Shown one piece after another: positions 62,097 to 64,000 of a DNA stretch of 64,000 nucleotides. Location: assembly GCA_965199955.1 (NCBI GenBank), contig CBDATQ010000001.1, positions 1,984,001 through 2,048,000 of the forward strand, read 5' to 3'. The position numbers and the translations under genes were made by a program. The notes below the pieces were generated by a model, which did no database searches, was not told the DNA's origin, and saw only the letters and a program-made list of their open reading frames with translations. The first letter of the stretch is position 1. Each line of letters opens with the position of its first letter. The DNA is from Spirochaetia bacterium (GTDB lineage Bacteria > Spirochaetota > Spirochaetia > SZUA-6 > Bin103).

Positions 62097-64000
62097 ATGA
62101 CAAACCGACTCACCTTTACCGTCAAGCCCCACCTCCCGGAGCGCCTGGCGCCCCTGGCCGATCTGGCCCATGACTTCTGGATTACCTGGCACTTCGACGC
62201 CATCCGCCTGTTCATGCGGTTCGGCGCCGACGCATGGGAGCAGGCCCAGCAGAGCCCTCTGCGGCTGCTCAGCGAGTTGCCGCAGGAGCGGCTCCACGAG
62301 ATGGAGCGGGACAAGGCATTCCTCGCCCACATGGACCAGGTCATCGCCGACTACCACGATTACCTGCAGGCCGATCCGTGGTACTCTGGACCTCGCGACG
62401 CCGTGGTCGCCTACTTCTCCATGGAGTTCGGCCTGGACGCCACCCTGCCGATCTATTCCGGCGGCCTGGGGGTGCTGGCCGGCGACCACTTGAAGAGCTG
62501 CTCCGACCTGGGGTTGCCGGTCGTGGGCGTGGGGCTGCTCTACCGCACCGGTTACTTCCGCCAGCGCGTCACCATGGACGGCCACCAGCTCGAGAGCTTT
62601 CCGGCCAACGACTTCTACAACATGCCTCTCATGCTGTGCACTTCTGCAGACGGCGAGCCGGTGACGATTACCGTGGATCTGGGCGGAGAACGGGCGCATG
62701 CGTGCATCTGGCGCGTCCGGGTGGGACGCGTGCCGCTCTATCTGCTCGACACCGACATCGACGCCAACGACCCGTCGACGCGCGAGATCACCGGTCAGCT
62801 CTACGTGTCGGACCGCCGCATGCGCCTGCGCCAGGAACTGCTGCTGGGCATCGGCGGCATTCGCGCGCTGCGCGCCCTGGAGATCCCGGTCGCGGTGACC
62901 CACATGAACGAGGGGCACTCGGCGTTCCTGGCCCTGGAGCGGGTCCGTGAGCTGATGCACGAGCACGGCATGAGCTACTTCGAGGCACTGCAGGCGGTGT
63001 GGAGCACCACGGTGTTCACCACCCACACGCCGGTGCCGGCCGGCAACGAGACGTTCGACCCGCACCTGGTGCTGGACCAGGCCAGAGCGCTGCGCTCCGC
63101 CCTGGGGCTGGACGAGCACGAGTTCCTGTCGCTGGGCCGCATCGGGCACGACGGCGACGCGCACGGCCAGTTCGGGCTCACGCCGCTCGCCCTGCGCCTG
63201 GCCGCGCACTGCAACGGGGTCAGCAAGCTGCACGGCCAGGTGTCGCGCCGCATGTGGCGCAGCCTGTGGCCGGGCGTGCCGGCGGACGAAGTGCCGATCC
63301 GCCACATCACCAACGGCGTCCACCTGCGGAGCTGGATCTCGCATGACGTCCAGGAGCTGCTGGTGCGCTACCTGGGGCCGGCGGTGGCCAAGCACGCGCC
63401 CGAGGTGGCGGTGTGGCGGCAGGTGGACAACATCGCCGACGAGGAGCTGTGGCGGACGCACGAGCGGCGACGCGAACGGGTGATCTGGTTCGCCCGCCGG
63501 CGCATCGTGGCGCAGATGCGGCGCGAAGGGGCCGCGGAGGCCGATCTGCGGGCGGCCGAGGTGGCGCTGCGCCCGGACGCCCTGACGATCGGATTCGCGC
63601 GCCGGATTGCCGGTTACAAGCGCCCGGGCCTGCTCTTCCGTCAGCCGGAGCGCCTGGTGCGGCTGCTCAGCAGCCGCGAGCAGCCGGTGCAGATCATCTT
63701 CGCCGGCAAGTCGCACCCCAACGATCACCAGGGCAAGGAGATGATCCGGCGCATCGTCCAGTTCGCGACCGAGCACGACCTGCGCAGCCGGATGGTGTTC
63801 CTGGACGACTACGACATCAACGTGGCGCGCTACCTGGTCGCGGGCTGCGACGTGTGGCTCAACATCCCGCGCCGGCCGCACGAGGCCAGCGGCACCAGCG
63901 GCATGAAGGCGTCGGTCAACGGATCGCTGATGGTGTCCACCCTGGACGGTTGGTGGGACGAGGCGTACAGCCCGGACATCGGCTGGTCCGTGGGCTCAGG
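62097..64000 (+). CDS. glgP: Alpha-glucan (glycogen) phosphorylase; runs off the window end
   Basis: Open frame from ATG 62097: YFSMEFG, YSGGLG.LAGD, HMNEGH, FTTHTP, NGVS, FARR..YKR, EASGTSGMK, LDGWW. Absent from the ORF track because there is no stop in the window. Confidence 0.93.
   Translation, partial: MTNRLTFTVKPHLPERLAPLADLAHDFWITWHFDAIRLFMRFGADAWEQAQQSPLRLLSELPQERLHEMERDKAFLAHMDQVIADYHDYLQADPWYSGPRDAVVAYFSMEFGLDATLPIYSGGLGVLAGDHLKSCSDLGLPVVGVGLLYRTGYFRQRVTMDGHQLESFPANDFYNMPLMLCTSADGEPVTITVDLGGERAHACIWRVRVGRVPLYLLDTDIDANDPSTREITGQLYVSDRRMRLRQELLLGIGGIRALRALEIPVAVTHMNEGHSAFLALERVRELMHEHGMSYFEALQAVWSTTVFTTHTPVPAGNETFDPHLVLDQARALRSALGLDEHEFLSLGRIGHDGDAHGQFGLTPLALRLAAHCNGVSKLHGQVSRRMWRSLWPGVPADEVPIRHITNGVHLRSWISHDVQELLVRYLGPAVAKHAPEVAVWRQVDNIADEELWRTHERRRERVIWFARRRIVAQMRREGAAEADLRAAEVALRPDALTIGFARRIAGYKRPGLLFRQPERLVRLLSSREQPVQIIFAGKSHPNDHQGKEMIRRIVQFATEHDLRSRMVFLDDYDINVARYLVAGCDVWLNIPRRPHEASGTSGMKASVNGSLMVSTLDGWWDEAYSPDIGWSVGS

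Overview
GC-rich bacterial chromosomal window with no rRNA, tRNA or CRISPR array that I can see. The gene content (Sel1 repeats, sulfatases, a sulfotransferase, PhyH dioxygenases, many TA modules, an LFAAAQEE-type solute-binding leader) suggests a host-associated, possibly sponge-type, spirochaete; this is inference only. From left to right: an alpha-toroid-like protein; an ABC-ATPase + TOPRIM-like (PARIS-like) pair beside an ISL3 remnant; sugar-acid and sulfatase catabolism genes mixed with many internally deleted pseudogenes; four type II TA modules; two membrane-anchored, apparently catalytically dead DEDDh exonuclease paralogs; a Sel1 protein; a MutS-ATPase-only protein; amtB; an intact purine uptake/catabolism cluster (BMP-type ABC transporter, uraD, guaD, ABM protein, ade, xdhCAB); a Liv-type ABC transporter; and a glycogen locus containing glgX, glgP and a 1633-aa GH13 + GT5 (amylase-like + glycogen synthase) fusion. 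Best candidates for undescribed biology are the GH13-GT5 fusion, the ATPase-TOPRIM pair and the dead membrane exonucleases. All calls come from motif recognition by eye; no database searches were run.
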